A stretch of 64,000 bases of DNA from Bugula neritina (taxonomy: Eukaryota; Animalia; Bryozoa), in the NCBI GenBank assembly GCA_964035545.1, contig OZ037769.1, positions 17,452,633 to 17,516,632 of the forward strand. Reading direction: 5' to 3'. A program made the translations under genes and the position numbers. Below the pieces are notes generated by a model. It was given only the letters and a program-made list of their open reading frames with translations. It made no database searches and had not been told where the DNA came from. Below are positions 63,127 through 64,000 of this stretch, piece after piece; position 1 is the first letter of the stretch; every line of letters starts with the position of its first letter.

Positions 63127-64000
63127 TAACGAGTTTGTAAAAACTAGTTATGTAACTGAAAGGGCAAATTAATTTTATTAGTCAAGCTCACTGCAAATGA
63201 ACTCATTTCCATTAACCGAGGCTCCTTTACTACTGGACCTGGATATACATAGCCAAGTTTGTAGAGTGTTTTTTGTGCGACTATAGTTATTACCACGAGC
63301 AGTTCCTGCCTGCTATCTTCAACCTTGCTGTGATTGGATAGTGAAGATTGGAACAATAATATAGTGAAGCCGCTCAACTTAGGACAGTATAACGTTGCTT
63401 GGTCTCTATGACTGAACAACCCTTTTCTGAACCCGCTCAGTTCAACGCAATACGAAAAGGGAACTAGAAAAAGGGCCCTAAACATAAGCTTCTCTCACCA
63501 CCGAATTTACTTTTTTTGTGGTCATAAAACAAAACTGAATATGGCAACCTGAAATGATGGACTGTGAGAAATTGCACAGCCCTAAGAAACAGCTTGCATA
63601 GCCTGTGAACGTAGAAAACTAAATTTAGACATAGGAAACTTTTAAAAATCTTATGAAGAGCAGCTTACAGAAACTGGTGGAGAGAAAAAGCGGATAAACA
63701 AAGAAGTTATGTATTCTATTGCTGAATTTTAGTTAAGCTAATTAAACTGACTATCTTAAACCAATCATCATATTGATAGATTATTTAGGGGAGGGTGGGG
63801 ATAGTTGAACCAAGAGGCTAGGTGAACCACATGGTCTAAATTTTCTCCTTTAAATCATTGCACTATATTTCCCCTTCTTTACTTAAGAGTGGTTTATAAG
63901 GTGAACTACCTGCAGACATATAGAAACATATAAAATCAAAGCAGAATTTTTCAGGTGAGCGAGGACTTTTCATATTTTTTGCATAAAAAATGATCAATCT

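Overview
Eukaryotic (animal, invertebrate-like) genomic DNA: AT-rich, GT-AG introns, dense minisatellites. No prokaryotic features or CRISPR. Exons were assembled by eye from splice sites and phase continuity. Contents: (1) 85-10234 (+): the 3' 20 exons (~1,740 aa, 5' end outside the window) of a receptor tyrosine kinase. It has a MET/RON-type IPT-TM-kinase part, but the adjoining ectodomain resembles usherin/laminin (LamG-like, LamNT, laminin-EGF) rather than Sema/PSI, and a skippable 561-codon mucin exon sits inside one IPT domain. (2) 16225-17760 (+): a two-exon orphan gene for a basic disordered protein, truncated by a defective minisatellite unit. (3) 22699-44959 (-): a complete 10-exon atlastin/GBP-family (GB1/RHD3) GTPase, with the 3' part of a tandem paralog at 59599-62093. 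(4) Two related Ty3/gypsy LTR retrotransposons nested in older elements inside the GTPase introns. One is young and non-autonomous (28155-33513); the other has a full pol broken by 5 stops and a rearranged 5' end (35642-43307). Both carry, where env would be, a homologous zinc-finger plus coiled-coil ORF3 behind a phase-1 splice acceptor; element 1 has a matching phase-1 donor in gag. (5) MITEs, a hAT-like element, a LINE fragment and many tandem repeats. The best candidates for undescribed biology are the spliced zinc-finger ORF3 and the usherin-like/MET-like chimeric kinase. Family assignments rest on recalled motifs; no database search was run.
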